64,000 nucleotides of DNA, taken from positions 2,636 through 66,635 of the forward strand of contig CAVQLN010000016.1 in the NCBI GenBank assembly GCA_963713365.1, given 5' to 3'. The translations under genes and the position numbers were made by a program. Numbering within the stretch: the stretch's first letter is position 1; each line of letters begins with the position of its first letter. This document shows, piece after piece, positions 62,885 through 64,000 of this stretch. The notes under the pieces were generated by a model. That model did not search any database and was not told the DNA's origin. It saw only the letters and a list, made by a program, of their open reading frames with translations. The stretch comes from an uncultured Planctomycetota bacterium. GTDB lineage: Bacteria > Planctomycetota > Planctomycetia > Pirellulales > Lacipirellulaceae.

Positions 62885-63518
62885 TCAATACGGCCCCAAC
62901 GGCGGCGGGTTATCCAGCAGAAAATCTCGCGGGCCGCGCACCGTGTAATACGGATAAGCGGTCTGCGCCACCGGCGGACCAGGATTGAAATTGTAATTCT
63001 GGTCGCCCGAATTTGCGCAGCAACAGCAGCTAGGCCCTGGCTGACCACAGCCGCCGCAGTAGCCGTTGCCGCATATCCCTGCATGGAGCGGTTGTGTTTG
63101 TTGGTTCTCGCAAAAGCATTCATGTCCGCTCGCGTAGCCATGTGGATGACGGTGACCGCTGCAGCCCCAGGCGCCCTTGGCATTACAGGGCGAGCAGTCG
63201 TACGGGCCGGGCCCGTATCCCGGTCCGCAGTCTTGACCGCAATTGCGGCGAAACAGGCAGCAATTGGAGCACACGCCGCAGCCACCGCAGTCGCTGTCCT
63301 GCAAGTTGCCGCCGCGCCCCGCGTAGTTGCCTTCGCCCACCGGCCGACGGCGCATGTTGGGAACGCGCCACGTGGCATGACTGGTCGCATGCATCGCCGC
63401 AGGAATCGCCGCATGCGTCGCCGCAGGCGTAATTATCGGATCGATCGTTGACGTTAATGGCTCGGCAGCCCGCGGTCGAAAGCACCGCCAGCACGAGCAC
63501 GACAAGCGTGCGTTTCAT
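62885..63518 (-). CDS. Cys/Gly-rich lipoprotein with a YPYYTVRGPRDFLLDNPPPLGPY tail, one frame change
   Basis: ATG 63518 opens MKRTLVVLVLAVLSTAGC (lipobox). Then ACGDACGDSCGDACDQSC, joined near 63370 to ORF 62885-63505 (CGGCGVCSNCC, CGQDCGPGYGPGPYDCSPC, GHRHPHGYASGHECFC, PSCCCC). Confidence 0.6.
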
Positions 63519-63812
63519 CGATTTCCCCCCTAAGGACCTGGGTCTCGCGGCGGCTTGCCGTTGGAAGAGAAAGGGATTTGCCGCGCCGCGTTCAAGGTCG
63601 TTACCACTGGTATCGGCGGCATAATCGGCAGAATCCAACAAATTGGAAGATGCGGCCATCGCGTCGGCGGCCACGCCGAATTCCATCGAAAAAGCGCAGC
63701 GTTCGTTTGCTAGCGATACTCACCTTGGATCAGCCCCAGCCATTTGATACAACTCCGCCCCGCGCCGGTTCCAATCTCAATCGGAGCGACAGCATCGCCA
63801 GCAGGACAACGC

Positions 63813-64000
63813 ATGCACAACTTCTCGCGCGCGCTGAAAATCGCCTTCGCCCATCGCGTGAACCTGGTGGGCTGCGTGCTGACGTCGCTGTTGATCGCCG
63901 TACTCTGGGGCGGCAACCTGACGGCCGTGTTTCCGGTCGTCGACGTGATCATGAACGATCAGTCGCTGCCGCAATGGATCGACCATAAAATCGCCGAAAG
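63813..64000 (+). CDS. N-terminus of an ABC transporter permease/ATPase (MsbA-like), truncated by the window end
   Basis: ATG 63813 opens MHNFSRALKIAFAHRVNLVGCVLTSLLIAVLWGGNLTAVFPVVDVIM.., which resembles the first TM helix region of ABC exporters. Not in the ORF track because it is open-ended. Confidence 0.5.
   Translation, partial: MHNFSRALKIAFAHRVNLVGCVLTSLLIAVLWGGNLTAVFPVVDVIMNDQSLPQWIDHKIAE

Overview
High-GC chromosomal segment that looks planctomycetal (Pirellulales-like; inference). The basis is DUF1559/prepilin-type genes, EPLEDRxLLA N-terminal leaders, dockerin-like GDYNxxGxVDAADxVVWR tails, PEP-CTERM tails and an Lpg1974-like porin. I reconstruct about 55 protein genes plus one tRNA-Leu(GAG). 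Content: Nramp transporter, BFD-like ferredoxin, ROK kinase, mnmE, coaX, ferritin, a floA/nfeD operon, a PA0069-type radical SAM gene, a PIN toxin-antitoxin pair, a VTC+DUF4956 pair, ilvN-ilvC, xdhABC, DUF72, rhaB, lutABC, an LPS-kinase/GT2 pair, the start of an MsbA-like ABC gene, and several giant secreted repeat proteins. Caveat: about half of the genes can only be rebuilt by joining ORF-track fragments across single-nt frame changes. I count roughly 60 by hand, and several that I checked at base level sit at homopolymer runs. Essential genes (coaX, ilvC) are hit, so I read these as assembly indels, not decay. I call such genes CDS with approximate ends and reserve 'pseudogene' for truncated remnants. 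Most interesting observations: (1) a family of intergenic, often nested hairpins whose arms are tandem arrays of degenerate heptamers, two of them inside operons (xdhA-xdhB, ilvN-ilvC); (2) a Uma2-family nuclease gene bracketed by 125-bp direct repeats that duplicate the 3' end of an NfeD gene; (3) an overlapping VTC-domain/DUF4956 gene pair; (4) a 200-nt element with four mutually complementary segments; (5) two 5'-truncated gene remnants that each abut the same GC-rich element; (6) a very Cys-rich lipoprotein. I saw no CRISPR array, rRNA, transposase, integrase or prophage. All homology calls come from motif recognition by eye, not from searches.
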